A DNA stretch of 64,000 nt from Eledone cirrhosa (taxonomy: Eukaryota): positions 312,232,001 through 312,296,000 of the forward strand of contig OZ024741.1 in assembly GCA_964016885.1 (NCBI GenBank). Direction: 5' to 3'. Under the pieces are notes generated by a model, which saw nothing but the letters and a program-made list of their open reading frames with translations, was not told where the DNA came from and did no database searches. Within the stretch, counting starts at the first letter, position 1, and every line of letters starts with the position of its first letter. Shown here piece by piece: positions 36,613 through 51,600 of the stretch. Made by a program: the position numbers and the translations under genes.

Positions 36613-39600
36613 AGAGAGATATATTTTAAATTTAATTATGTCTCATATAAAATAATACAACTGGCTTTCCACAAAATACATATAGTTAGCACCCCAAACA
36701 CTTAAATTGGGTTTATACTAACGTATAACCTAATGTTTGTTGAGTGAGATGGTTACCAGTCGGAGTTTGGCTTAAAGCTATCTCTCTTATTGTATTAAAT
36801 ATTTTACTTTTGATTTGGCCAGAGACTTTTATTTCAAGGTACCTTATAAACATGACTTTCCGTATTTATTACTGTTATGAGATATTGTTTGTTTTTTTGG
36901 TTATCACTTCACTGTTTTTAGCCTAAGAAAATATCTATATGCGTGTGTAAATACTTACATGCATACATTTATTTCTTTACATTAATTGAGTTCTTAACAC
37001 GCAGGATTGATAATGTTTGTGAAAAAACTAATTAACCCACGTGTATATTATTTTACTTTTCTCGTGACTCGTGGTTGTCTCTCTTTTCCGCTTCGTGACG
37101 CTATGATTATTCCTCAATCAAAAGACTGCTGGAATTTCAAATTTGGCGGTCATTCGATGCGTGAAGGGACAACTTAGCGGACACGAAAATTAACTGCGCT
37201 AAGGATTTTTTTCTTGTATCAAAGTTTAATGGTCTTCCTCTACCGATTTATAAGTGCCCACCTAAATATATTCTTACATGAAAATATGTTAGGCTTCTAC
37301 GTAAACTGGAAACATTCTCCCAAATTGCCGAAAACATATAATGAAAGAATTGTTTGGAAAGAGAGATATATTTTAAATTTAATTAAGTCTCATATAAAAT
37401 AATACAACTGGCTTTCCACAAAATACATATAGTTAGCAGCCCAAACACTTAAATTGGGTTTATACTAACGTATAACCTAATGTTTGTTGAGTGAGATGGT
37501 TACCACTCGAAGTTTAGCTTAAAGCTATCTCTGTTATTGTATTAAATATTTTACTCTTGATTTGGCCAGAGACTTTTATTTCCAGGTACCTTATAAACAT
37601 GACATTCCGTATCTATTACTGTTATGAGATATTGTTTGTTTTTTGCGGTATCACTTCTCTGTTTTTAGCCTAAGAAAATATCTATATGCGTGTGTAAATA
37701 CTTACATGCATACATTTATTTTTTTAAATTAATTGAGTTCTTAACATGCGGAATTAATAATGGTTTTGAAACAAATAATTAACCCGCGTGTATTAAATAT
37801 TTTACTCTTAATTTGGCTAGAGATTTACATTCCCAAATGCCTTTTAAAGTGTAACTTTCCGTATTTATTACAGTTATGAGATGTGGTTTGTTATTTAGGT
37901 ATCACTTTCTCTGTTTATAGCATAACAAAATATATATATGCGTGTGCAATTAATACACGCATACATTTATTTTTTTTAAATTAATTGAGTTCTTAACACG
38001 CAGGATTGATAATACTTTAGAAAAAACTAATTAACCCGGGTGTATTATTTTACTTTTCTTGTGACTCTTGGTTGTCTCCCTTTTCCGCTTCGTGACGCTA
38101 TGATACTTCCTCAGTCAAAAGACTGCGGGAATTTCAAATTCGGCGGTCATTCGATGCGTGAAGGGACAACTTAGCGGACACGAAAATTAACTGTGGTAAG
38201 GAATTTTTTGTTGTATCAAAGTTTAATGGGCTTCCACTAACGATTTATAAGTGCCCACCTAAATATATTCTTACATGAAAATATGTTAGGCTTCTACATA
38301 AACTGGAAACATTCTCCCAACTTGCAGAAAACTTATAATGAAACAATTGTTTGGAAAGATAGATATATTTTAACTTTAATTATGTCTCATATAAAATAAT
38401 ACAACTGGCTTTCCACAAAATACATATAGTTAGCACCCCAAACACTTAAATTAGGTTTATACTAACGTATAACCTAATGTTTGTTGAGTTAGATGGTTAC
38501 CAGTCGGAGTTTAGCTTAAAGCTATCTCTGTTATTGTATTAAATATTTTACTTTTGATTTGGCCAGAGACTTTTATTTCCAGGTACCTTATAAACATGAC
38601 TTTCCGTATTTATTACTGTTATGAGATATTGTTTGTTTTTTTGGTTATCACTTCACTGTTTTTAGCCTAAGAAAATATCTATATGCGTGTGTAAATACTT
38701 ACATGCATACATTTATTTCTTTACATTAATTGAGTTCTTAACACGCAGGATTGATAATGTTTGTGAAAAAACTAATTAACCCACGTGTATATTATTTTAC
38801 TTTTCTCGTGACTCGTGGTTGTCTCTCTTTTCCGCTTCGTGACGCTATGATTATTCCTCAATCAAAAGACTGCTGGAATTTCAAATTTGGCGGTCATTCG
38901 ATGCGTGAAGGGACAACTTAGCGGACACGAAAATTAACTGCGCTAAGGAATTTTTTCTTGTATCAAAGTTTAATGGTCTTCCTCTACCGATTTATAAGTG
39001 CCCACCTAAATATATTCTTACATGAAAATATGTTAGGCTTCTACGTAAACTGGAAACATTCTCCCAAATTGCCGAAAACATATAATGAAAGAATTGTTTG
39101 GAAAGAGAGATATATTTTAAATTTAATTATGTCTCATATAAAATAATACAACTGGCTTTCCACAAAATACATATAGTTAGCAGCCCAAACACTTAAATTG
39201 GGTTTATACTAACGTATAACCTAATGTTTGTTGAGTGAGATGGTTACCAGTCGGAGTTTAGCTTAAAGCTATCTCTGTTATTGTATTAAATATTTTACTC
39301 TTGATTTGGCCAGAGACTTTTATTTCCAGGTACCTTATAAACATGACTTTCCGTATTTATTACTGTTATGAGATATTGTTTTTTTTTTGGTTAACACTTC
39401 TCTGTTTTTAGCCTAAGAAAATATCTATATGCGTGTGTAAATACTTACAAGCATACATTTATTTTTTTTAATTAATTGAGTTCTTAACACGCAGGACTGA
39501 TAGTGTTTGTGAAAAAACTAATTAACCCACGTGTATATTATTTTACTTTTCTCGTGATTCGTAGTTGTCTCTCTTTTCCGCTTCGTGACGCTATGATTCT

Positions 39601-42600
39601 TCCTCAGTCAAAAGACTGCTGTAATTTCAAATTTGGCGGTCATTCGATGCATGAAGGGACAACTTAGCGGACACGAAAATTAACTGCGGTAAGGAATTTT
39701 TTCTTATATCAAAGTTTAATGGGCTTCCACTGACGATTTATAAGTGCCCACCTAAATATATTCTTACATGAAAATATGTAAGGCTTCTACATAAACTGGA
39801 AACATTCTCCCAACTTGCAGAAAACTTATAATGAAACAATTGTTTGGAAAGAGAGATATCTGTTAAATTTAATTATGTCTCATTTAAAATAATACAACTG
39901 GCTTTCCACAAAATACATATAGTTAGCAGCCCAAACACTTAAATTGGGTTTATACTAACGTATAACCTAATGTTTGTTGAGTGAGATGGTTACCACTCGA
40001 AGTTTAGCTTAAAGCTATCTCTGTTATTGTATTAAATATTTTACTCTTGATTTGGCCAGAGACATTTATTTCCAGGTACCTTATAAACATGACATTCCGT
40101 ATCTATTACTGTTATGAGATATTGTTTGTTTTTTGCGGTATCACTTCTCTGTTTTTAGCCTAAGAAAATATCTATATGCGTGTGTAAATACTTACATGCA
40201 TACATTTATTTTTTTAAATTAATTGAGTTCTTAACATGCGGAATTAATAATGGTTTTGAAACAAATAATTAACCCGCGTGTATTAAATATTTTACTCTTA
40301 ATTTGGCTAGAGATTTACATTCCCAAATGCCTTTTAAAGTGTAACTTTCCGTATTTATTACAGTTATGAGATGTGGTTTGTTATTTAGGTATCACTTACT
40401 CTGTTTATAGCATAACAAAATATATATATGCGTGTGCAATTAATACACGCATACATTTATTTTTTTAAAATTAATTGAGTTCTTAACACGCAGGATTGAT
40501 AATACTTTAGAAAAAACTAATTAACCCGGGTGTATTATTTTACTTTTCTTGTGACTCTTGGTTGTCTCCCTTTTCCGCTTCGTGACGCTATGATACTTCC
40601 TCAGTCAAAAGACTGCGGGAATTTCAAATTCGGCGGTCATTCGATGCGTGAAGGGACAACTTAGCGGACACGAAAATTAACTGTGGTAAGGAATTTTTTA
40701 TTGTATCAAAGTTTAATGGGCTTCCACTAACGATTTATAAGTGCCCACCTAAATATATTCTTACATGAAAATATGTTAGGCTTCTACATAAACTGGAAAC
40801 ATTCTCCCAACTTGCAGAAAACTTATAATGAAACAATTGTTTGGAAAGATAGATATATTTTAACTTTAATTATGTCTCATATAAAATAATACAACTGGCT
40901 TTCCACAAAATACATATAGTTAGCACCCCAAACACTTAAATTAGGTTTATACTAACGTATAACCTAATGTTTGTTGAGTTAGATGGTTACCAGTCGGAGT
41001 TTAGCTTAAAGCTATCTCTGTTATTGTATTAAATATTTTACTTTTGATTTGGCCAGAGACTTTTATTTCAAGGTACCTTATAAACATGACTTTCCGTATG
41101 TATTACTGTTATGAGATATTGTTTGTTTTTTTGGTTATCACTTCTCTGTTTTTAGCCTAAGAAAATATCTATATGCGTGTGTAAATACTTACATGCATAC
41201 ATTTCTTTTTTTACATTAATTGAGTTCTTATCACGCAGGATTGATAATGTTTGTGAAAAAACTAATTAACCCACGTGTATATTATTTTACTTTTCTCGTG
41301 ACTCGTGGTTGTCTCTCTTTTCCGCTTCGTGACGCTATGATACTTCCTCAGTCAAAAGACTGCTGGAATTTCAAATTTGGCGGTCATTCGATGCGTGAAG
41401 GGACAACTTAGCGGACACGAAAATTAACTGTGGTAAGGAATTTTTTATTGTATCAAAGTTTAATGGGCTTCCACTAACGATTTATAAGTGCCCACCTAAA
41501 TATATTCTTACATGAAAATATGTTAGGCTTCTACATAAACTGGAAACATTCTCCCAACTTGCAGAAAACTTATAATGAAACAATTGTTTGGAAAGATAGA
41601 TATATTTTAAATTTAATTATGTCTCATATAAAATAATACAACTGGCTTTCCACAAAATACATATAGTTAGCACCCCAAACACTTAAATTAGGTTTATACT
41701 AACGTATAACCTAATGTTTGTTGAGTTAGATGGTTACCAGTCGGAGTTTAGCTTAAAGCTATCTCTGTTACTGTATTAAATATTTTACTTTTGATTTGGC
41801 CAGAGACTTTTATTTCCAGGTACCTTATAAACATGACTTTCCGTATTTATTACTGTTATGAGATATTGTTTGTTTTTTTGGTTATCACTTCACTGTTTTT
41901 AGCCTAAGAAAATATCTATATGCGTGTGTAAATACTTACATGCATACATTTATTTCTTTACATTAATTGAGTTCTTAACACGCAGGATTGATAATGTTTG
42001 TGAAAAAACTAATTAACCCACGTGTATATTATTTTACTTTTCTCGTGACTCGTGGTTGTCTCTCTTTTCCGCTTCGTGACGCTATGATTATTCCTCAATC
42101 AAAAGACTGCTGGAATTTCAAATTTGGCGGTCATTCGATGCGTGAAGGGACAACTTAGCGGACACGAAAATTAACTGCGCTAAGGAATTTTTTCTTGTAT
42201 CAAAGTTTAATGGTCTTCCTCTACCGATTTATAAGTGCCCACCTAAATATATTCTTACATGAAAATATGTTAGGCTTCTACGTAAACTGGAAACATTCTC
42301 CCAAATTGCCGAAAACATATAATGAAAGAATTGTTTGGAAAGAGAGATATATTTTAAATTTAATTATGTCTCATATAAAATAATACAACTGGCTTTCCAC
42401 AAAATACATATAGTTAGCAGCCCAAACACTTAAATTGGGTTTATACTAACGTATAACCTAATGTTTGTTGAGTGAGATGGTTACCAGTCGGAGTTTAGCT
42501 TAAAGCTATCTCTGTTATTGTATTAAATATTTTACTCTTGATTTGGCCAGAGACTTTTATTTCCAGGTACCTTATAAACATGACTTTCCGTATTTATTAC

Positions 42601-45600
42601 TGTTATGAGATATTGTTTTTTTTTTGGTTAACACTTCTCTGTTTTTAGCCTAAGAAAATATCTATATGCGTGTGTAAATACTTACAAGCATACATTTATT
42701 TTTTTTAATTAATTGAGTTCTTAACACGCAGGAATGATAGTGTTTGTGAAAAAACTAATTAACCCACGTGTATATTATTTTACTTTTCTCGTGATTCGTA
42801 GTTGTCTCTCTTTTCCGCTTCGTGACGCTATGATTCTTCCTCAGTCAAAAGACTGCTGTAATTTCAAATTTGGCGGTCATTCGATGCATGAAGGGACAAC
42901 TTAGCGGACACGAAAATTAACTGCGGTAAGGAATTTTTTCTTATATCAAAGTTTAATGGGCTTCCACTGACGATTTATAAGTGCCCACCTAAATATATTC
43001 TTACATGAAAATATGTAAGGCTTCTACATAAACTGGAAACATTCTCCCAACTTGCAGAAAACTTATAATGAAACAATTGTTTGGAAAGAGAGATATCTGT
43101 TAAATTTAATTATGTCTCATTTAAAATAATACAACTGGCTTTCCACAAAATACATATAGTTAGCAGCCCAAACACTTAAATTGGGTTTATACTAACGTAT
43201 AACCTAATGTTTGTTGAGTGAGATGGTTACCACTCGAAGTTTAGCTTAAAGCTATCTCTGTTATTGTATTAAATATTTTACTCTTGATTTGGCCAGAGAC
43301 ATTTATTTCCAGGTACCTTATAAACATGACATTCCGTATCTATTACTGTTATGAGATATTGTTTGTTTTTTGCGGTATCACTTCTCTGTTTTTAGCCTAA
43401 GAAAATATCTATATGCGTGTGTAAATACTTACATGCATACATTTATTTTTTTAAATTAATTGAGTTCTTAACATGCGGAATTAATAATGGTTTTGAAACA
43501 AATAATTAACCCGCGTGTATTAAATATTTTACTCTTAATTTGGCTAGAGATTTACATTCCCAAATGCCTTTTAAAGTTTAACTTTCCGTATTTATTACAG
43601 TTATGAGATGTGGTTTGTTATTTAGGTATCACTTACTCTGTTTATAGCATAACAAAATATATATATGCGTGTGCAATTAATACACGCATACATTTATTTT
43701 TTTTAAATTAATTGAGTTCTTAACACGCAGGATTGATAATACTTTAGAAAAAACTAATTAACCCGGGTGTATTATTTTACTTTTCTTGTGACTCTTGGTT
43801 GTCTCCCTTTTCCGCTTCGTGACGCTATGATACTTCCTCAGTCAAAAGACTGCGGGAATTTCAAATTCGGCGGTCATTCGATGCGTGAAGGGACAACTTA
43901 GCGGACACGAAAATTAACTGTGGTAAGGAATTTTTTATTGTATCAAAGTTTAATGGGCTTCCACTAACGATTTATAAGTGCCCACCTAAATATATTCTTA
44001 CATGAAAATATGTTAGGCTTCTACATAAACTGGAAACATTCTCCCAACTTGCAGAAAACTTATAATGAAACAATTGTTTGGAAAGATAGATATATTTTAA
44101 CTTTAATTATGTCTCATATAAAATAATACAACTGGCTTTCCACAAAATACATATAGTTAGCACCCCAAACACTTAAATTAGGTTTATACTAACGTATAAC
44201 CTAATGTTTGTTGAGTTAGATGGTTACCAGTCGGAGTTTAGCTTAAAGCTATCTCTGTTATTGTATTAAATATTTTACTTTTGATTTGGCCAGAGACTTT
44301 TATTTCAAGGTACCTTATAAACATGACTTTCCGTATGTATTACTGTTATGAGATATTGTTTGTTTTTTTGGTTATCACTTCTCTGTTTTTAGCCTAAGAA
44401 AATATCTATATGCGTGTGTAAATACTTACATGCATACATTTCTTTTTTTACATTAATTGAGTTCTTATCACGCAGGATTGATAATGTTTGTGAAAAAACT
44501 AATTAACCCACGTGTATATTATTTTACTTTTCTCGTGACTCGTGGTTGTCTCTCTTTTCCGCTTCGTGACGCTATGATACTTCCTCAGTCAAAAGACTGC
44601 TGGAATTTCAAATTTGGCGGTCATTCGATGCGTGAAGGGACAACTTAGCGGACACGAAAATTAACTGCGCTAAGGAATTTTTTATTGTATCAAAGTTTAA
44701 TGGGCTTCCACTAACGATTTATAAGTGCCCACCTAAATATATTCTTACATGAAAATATGTTAGGCTTCTACATAAACTGGAAACATTCTCCCAACTTGCA
44801 GAAAACTTATAATGAAACAATTGTTTGGAAAGATAGATATATTTTAAATTTAATTATGTCTCATATAAAATAATACAACTGGCTTTCCACAAAATACATA
44901 TAGTTGGCACCCCAAACACTTAAATTATGTTTATACTAACGTATAACCTAATGTTTGTTGAGTGAGATGGTTACCAGTCGGAGTTTAGCTTAAAGCTCTC
45001 TCTGTTATTGTATTAAATATTTTACTCTTGATTTGGCCAGAGACTTTTATTTCAAGGTACCTTATAAAAATGACTTTCCGTATTTATTACTGTTATGAGA
45101 TATTGTTTGTTTTTTTGGTTATCACTTCTCTGTTTTTAGCCTGTGAAAATATCTATATGCGTGTGTAAATACTTACATGCATACATTTCTTTTTTTACAT
45201 TAATTGAGTTCTTAATACGCAGGATTGATAATGTTTGTGAAAAAACTAATTAACCCACGTGTATATTATTTTACTTTTCTCGTGATTCGTGGTTGTCTCT
45301 TTTTTCCGCTTCGTGACGCTATGATACTTCCTCAGTCAAAAGACTGCTGGAATTTCAAATTTGGCGGTCATTCGATGCGTGAAGGGACAACTTAGCGGAC
45401 ACGAAAATTAACTGCGGTAAGGAATTTTTACTAATATCAAAGTTTAATGGGCTTCCACTGACGATTTATAAGTGCCGACCTAAATATATTCTTACATGAA
45501 AATATGTTAGGCCTCTACATAAACTGGAAACATTCTCCCAACTTGCAGAAAACTTATAATGAAACAATTGTTTGGAAAGAGAGATATATTTCAAATTTAA

Positions 45601-48600
45601 TTATGTCTCATATAAAATAATACAACTGGCTTTCCACAAAATACATATAGTTAGCACCCCAAACACTTAGATTGGGTTTATACTAACGTATAACCTAATG
45701 TTTGTTGAGTGAGATGGTTACCAGTCGGAGTTTAGCTTAAAGCTATCTCTGTTATTGTATTAAATATTTTACTCTTGATTTGGCCAGAGACTTTTATTTC
45801 AAGGTACCTTATAAACATGACTTTCCGTATTTATTACTGTTATGAGATATTGTTTTTTTTTTGGTTAACACTTCTCTGTTTTTAGCCTAAGAAAATATCT
45901 ATATGCGTGTGGAAATACTTACATGCATACATTTATTTTTTTAAATTAATTGAGTTCTTAACACGCAGGATTGATAATGTTTGTGAAAAAACTAATTAAC
46001 CAACGTGTATATTATTTAACTTTTCTCGTGATTCGTGGTTGTCTCTCTTTTCCGCTTCGTGACGCTATGATACTTCCTCAGTCAAAAGACTGCTGGAATT
46101 TCAAATTTGGCGGTCATTCGATGCGTGAAGGGACAACTTAGCGGACACGAAAATTAACTGCGGTAAGGAATTTTTTCTAATATCAAAGTTTAATGGGCTT
46201 CCACTAACAATTTATAAGTGCCCACCTAAATATATTCTTACATGAAAATATGTTAGGCTTCTACATAAACTGAAAACATTCTCCCAACTTGCAGAAAACT
46301 TATAATGAAACAATTGTTTGGAAAGAGAGATATATTTTAACTTTAATTATGTCTCATATAAAATAATACAACTGGCTTTCCACAAAATACATATAGTTAG
46401 CACCCCAAACACTTAAATTAGTTTTATACTAACGTATAACCTAATGTTTGTTGAGTGAGATGGTTACCTGTCGGAGTTTAGCTTAAAGCTATCTCTGTTA
46501 TTGTATTAAATATTTTACTCTTGATTTGGCCAGAGACTTTTATTTCAAGGTACCTTATAAACATGACTTTCCGTATTTATTACTGTTATGAGATATTGTT
46601 TGTTTTTTTGGTTATGACTTCTCTGTTTTTAGCCTAAGAAAATATCTATATGCGTGTGGAAATACTTACATGCATACATTTATTTTTTTAAATTAATTGA
46701 GTTCTTAACACGCAGGATTGATAATGTTTGTGAAAAAACTAATTAACCCACGTGTATATTATTTTACTTTTCTCGTGATTCGTGGTTGTCTCTCTTTTCC
46801 GCTTCGTGACGCTATGATACTTCCTCAGTCAAAAGACTGCTGGAATTTCAAATTTGGCGGTCATTCGATGCGTGAAGGGACAACTTAGCGGACACGAAAA
46901 TTAACTGCGGTAAGGAATTTTTTCTTATATCAAAGTTTAATGGGCTTCCACTAACGATTTATAAGTGCCCACCTAAATATATTCTTACATGAAAATATGT
47001 TAGGCTTCTACATAAACTGAAATCATTCTCCCAACTTGCAGAAAACTTATAATGAAACAATTTGTTTGGAAAGAGAGATATATTTTAAATTTAATTATGT
47101 CTCATATAAAATAATACAACTGGCTTTCCACAAAATACATATAGTTAGCACCCCAAACACTTAAATTAGGTTTATACTAACGTATAACCTAATGTTTGTT
47201 GAGTGAGATGGTTACCAGTCGGAGTTTAGCTTAAAGCTATCTCTGTTATTGTATTAAATATTTTACTCTTGATTTGGCCAGAGACTTTTATTTCCAGGTA
47301 CCTTATAAACATGACTTTCCGTATTTCTTACTGTTATGAGATATTGTTTTTTTTTTGGGGGGGGGGGGTATCACTTCTCTGATTTTAGCCTAAGAAAATA
47401 TCAATATGCGTGTGTGAATACTTACATGCATACATTTATTTTTTTTAAATAATTGAGTTCTTAACACGCGGAATTAATAATGGTTTTGAAACAACTAATT
47501 AACCCGCGTGTATTAAATATTTTACTCTTAATTTGGCCAGAGATTTACATTCCCAAATGCCTTTTAAAGCGTAACTTTCCGTATTTATTACAGTTATGAG
47601 ATGTGGTTTGCTATTTAGGTATCACTTTCTCTGTTTTTAGCCTAAGAAAATATATATATTTGTGTGTAATTAATACACGCATACATTTATTTTTTAAAAA
47701 TTAATTGAGTTCTTAACACGCAGGATTGATAATATTTTAGAAAAAACTAATTAACCCGGGTGTATATTATTTTACTTTTCTCGTGACTCTTGGTTGTCTC
47801 CCTTTTCCGCTTCGTGACGCTATGATACTTCCTCAGTCAAAAACCTGCGGAATATCAAATTCGGCGGTCATTTGATGCGTGAAGGGACAACTTAGCGGAC
47901 ACGAAAATTAACTGCGGTAAGGAATTTTTTCTCATATCGAAGTTTAATAGGCTTCCACTGACGATTTATAAGTGCCCACCTCAATATATTCTTACATGAA
48001 AATATGTTAGGCTTCTACATAAACTGGAAACATTCTCCCAACTTGCAGAAAACTTATAATGAAACAATTGTTTGGAAAGATAGATATATTTTAAATTTAA
48101 TTATGTCTCATATAAAATAATACAACTGGCTTTCCACAAAATACATATAGTTAGCACCCCAAACACTTAAATTAGGTTTATACTAACGTATAACCTAATG
48201 TTTGTTGAGTTAGATGGTTACCAGTCGGAGTTTAGCTTAAAGCTATCTCTGTTACTGTATTAAATATTTTACTTTTGATTTGGCCAGAGACTTTTATTTC
48301 CAGGTACCTTATAAACATGACTTTCCGTATTTATTACTGTTATGAGATATTGTTTGTTTTTTTGGTTATCACTTCACTGTTTTTAGCCTAAGAAAATATC
48401 TATATGCGTGTGTAAATACTTACATGCATACATTTATTTCTTTACATTAATTGAGTTCTTAACACGCAGGATTGATAATGTTTGTGAAAAAACTAATTAA
48501 CCCACGTGTATATTATTTTACTTTTCTCGTGACTCGTGGTTGTCTCTCTTTTCCGCTTCGTGACGCTATGATTATTCCTCAATCAAAAGACTGCTGGAAT

Positions 48601-51600
48601 TTCAAATTTGGCGGTCATTCGATGCGTGAAGGGACAACTTAGCGGACACGAAAATTAACTGCGCTAAGGAATTTTTTCTTGTATCAAAGTTTAATGGTCT
48701 TCCTCTACCGATTTATAAGTGCCCACCTAAATATATTCTTACATGAAAATATGTTAGGCTTCTACGTAAACTGGAAACATTCTCCCAAATTGCCGAAAAC
48801 ATATAATGAAAGAATTGTTTGGAAAGAGAGATATATTTTAAATTTAATTATGTCTCATATAAAATAATACAACTGGCTTTCCACAAAATACATATAGTTA
48901 GCAGCCCAAACACTTAAATTGGGTTTATACTAACGTATAACCTAATGTTTGTTGAGTGAGATGGTTACCAGTCGGAGTTTAGCTTAAAGCTATCTCTGTT
49001 ATTGTATTAAATATTTTACTCTTGATTTGGCCAGAGACTTTTATTTCCAGGTACCTTATAAACATGACTTTCCGTATTTATTACTGTTATGAGATATTGT
49101 TTTTTTTTTGGTTAACACTTCTCTGTTTTTAGCCTAAGAAAATATCTATATGCGTGTGTAAATACTTACAAGCATACATTTATTTTTTTTAATTAATTGA
49201 GTTCTTAACACGCAGGAATGATAGTGTTTGTGAAAAAACTAATTAACCCACGTGTATATTATTTTACTTTTCTCGTGATTCGTAGTTGTCTCTCTTTTCC
49301 GCTTCGTGACGCTATGATTCTTCCTCAGTCAAAAGACTGCTGTAATTTCAAATTTGGCGGTCATTCGATGCATGAAGGGACAACTTAGCGGACACGAAAA
49401 TTAACTGCGGTAAGGAATTTTTTCTTATATCAAAGTTTAATGGGCTTCCACTGACGATTTATAAGTGCCCACCTAAATATATTCTTACATGAAAATATGT
49501 AAGGCTTCTACATAAACTGGAAACATTCTCCCAACTTGCAGAAAACTTATAATGAAACAATTGTTTGGAAAGAGAGATATCTGTTAAATTTAATTATGTC
49601 TCATTTAAAATAATACAACTGGCTTTCCACAAAATACATATAGTTAGCAGCCCAAACACTTAAATTGGGTTTATACTAACGTATAACCTAATGTTTGTTG
49701 AGTGAGATGGTTACCACTCGAAGTTTAGCTTAAAGCTATCTCTGTTATTGTATTAAATATTTTACTCTTGATTTGGCCAGAGACATTTATTTCCAGGTAC
49801 CTTATAAACATGACATTCCGTATCTATTACTGTTATGAGATATTGTTTGTTTTTTGCGGTATCACTTCTCTGTTTTTAGCCTAAGAAAATATCTATATGC
49901 GTGTGTAAATACTTACATGCATACATTTATTTTTTTAAATTAATTGAGTTCTTAACATGCGGAATTAATAATGGTTTTGAAACAAATAATTAACCCGCGT
50001 GTATTAAATATTTTACTCTTAATTTGGCTAGAGATTTACATTCCCAAATGCCTTTTAAAGTTTAACTTTCCGTATTTATTACAGTTATGAGATGTGGTTT
50101 GTTATTTAGGTATCACTTACTCTGTTTATAGCATAACAAAATATATATATGCGTGTGCAATTAATACACGCATACATTTATTTTTTTTAAATTAATTGAG
50201 TTCTTAACACGCAGGATTGATAATACTTTAGAAAAAACTAATTAACCCGGGTGTATTATTTTACTTTTCTTGTGACTCTTGGTTGTCTCCCTTTTCCGCT
50301 TCGTGACGCTATGATACTTCCTCAGTCAAAAGACTGCGGGAATTTCAAATTCGGCGGTCATTCGATGCGTGAAGGGACAACTTAGCGGACACGAAAATTA
50401 ACTGTGGTAAGGAATTTTTTATTGTATCAAAGTTTAATGGGCTTCCACTAACGATTTATAAGTGCCCACCTAAATATATTCTTACATGAAAATATGTTAG
50501 GCTTCTACATAAACTGGAAACATTCTCCCAACTTGCAGAAAACTTATAATGAAACAATTGTTTGGAAAGATAGATATATTTTAACTTTAATTATGTCTCA
50601 TATAAAATAATACAACTGGCTTTCCACAAAATACATATAGTTAGCACCCCAAACACTTAAATTAGGTTTATACTAACGTATAACCTAATGTTTGTTGAGT
50701 TAGATGGTTACCAGTCGGAGTTTAGCTTAAAGCTATCTCTGTTATTGTATTAAATATTTTACTTTTGATTTGGCCAGAGACTTTTATTTCAAGGTACCTT
50801 ATAAACATGACTTTCCGTATGTATTACTGTTATGAGATATTGTTTGTTTTTTTGGTTATCACTTCTCTGTTTTTAGCCTAAGAAAATATCTATATGCGTG
50901 TGTAAATACTTACATGCATACATTTCTTTTTTTACATTAATTGAGTTCTTATCACGCAGGATTGATAATGTTTGTGAAAAAACTAATTAACCCACGTGTA
51001 TATTATTTTACTTTTCTCGTGACTCGTGGTTGTCTCTCTTTTCCGCTTCGTGACGCTATGATACTTCCTCAGTCAAAAGACTGCTGGAATTTCAAATTTG
51101 GCGGTCATTCGATGCGTGAAGGGACAACTTAGCGGACACGAAAATTAACTGCGCTAAGGAATTTTTTATTGTATCAAAGTTTAATGGGCTTCCACTAACG
51201 ATTTATAAGTGCCCACCTAAATATATTCTTACATGAAAATATGTTAGGCTTCTACATAAACTGGAAACATTCTCCCAACTTGCAGAAAACTTATAATGAA
51301 ACAATTGTTTGGAAAGATAGATATATTTTAAATTTAATTATGTCTCATATAAAATAATACAACTGGCTTTCCACAAAATACATATAGTTGGCACCCCAAA
51401 CACTTAAATTATGTTTATACTAACGTATAACCTAATGTTTGTTGAGTGAGATGGTTACCAGTCGGAGTTTAGCTTAAAGCTCTCTCTGTTATTGTATTAA
51501 ATATTTTACTCTTGATTTGGCCAGAGACTTTTATTTCAAGGTACCTTATAAAAATGACTTTCCGTATTTATTACTGTTATGAGATATTGTTTGTTTTTTT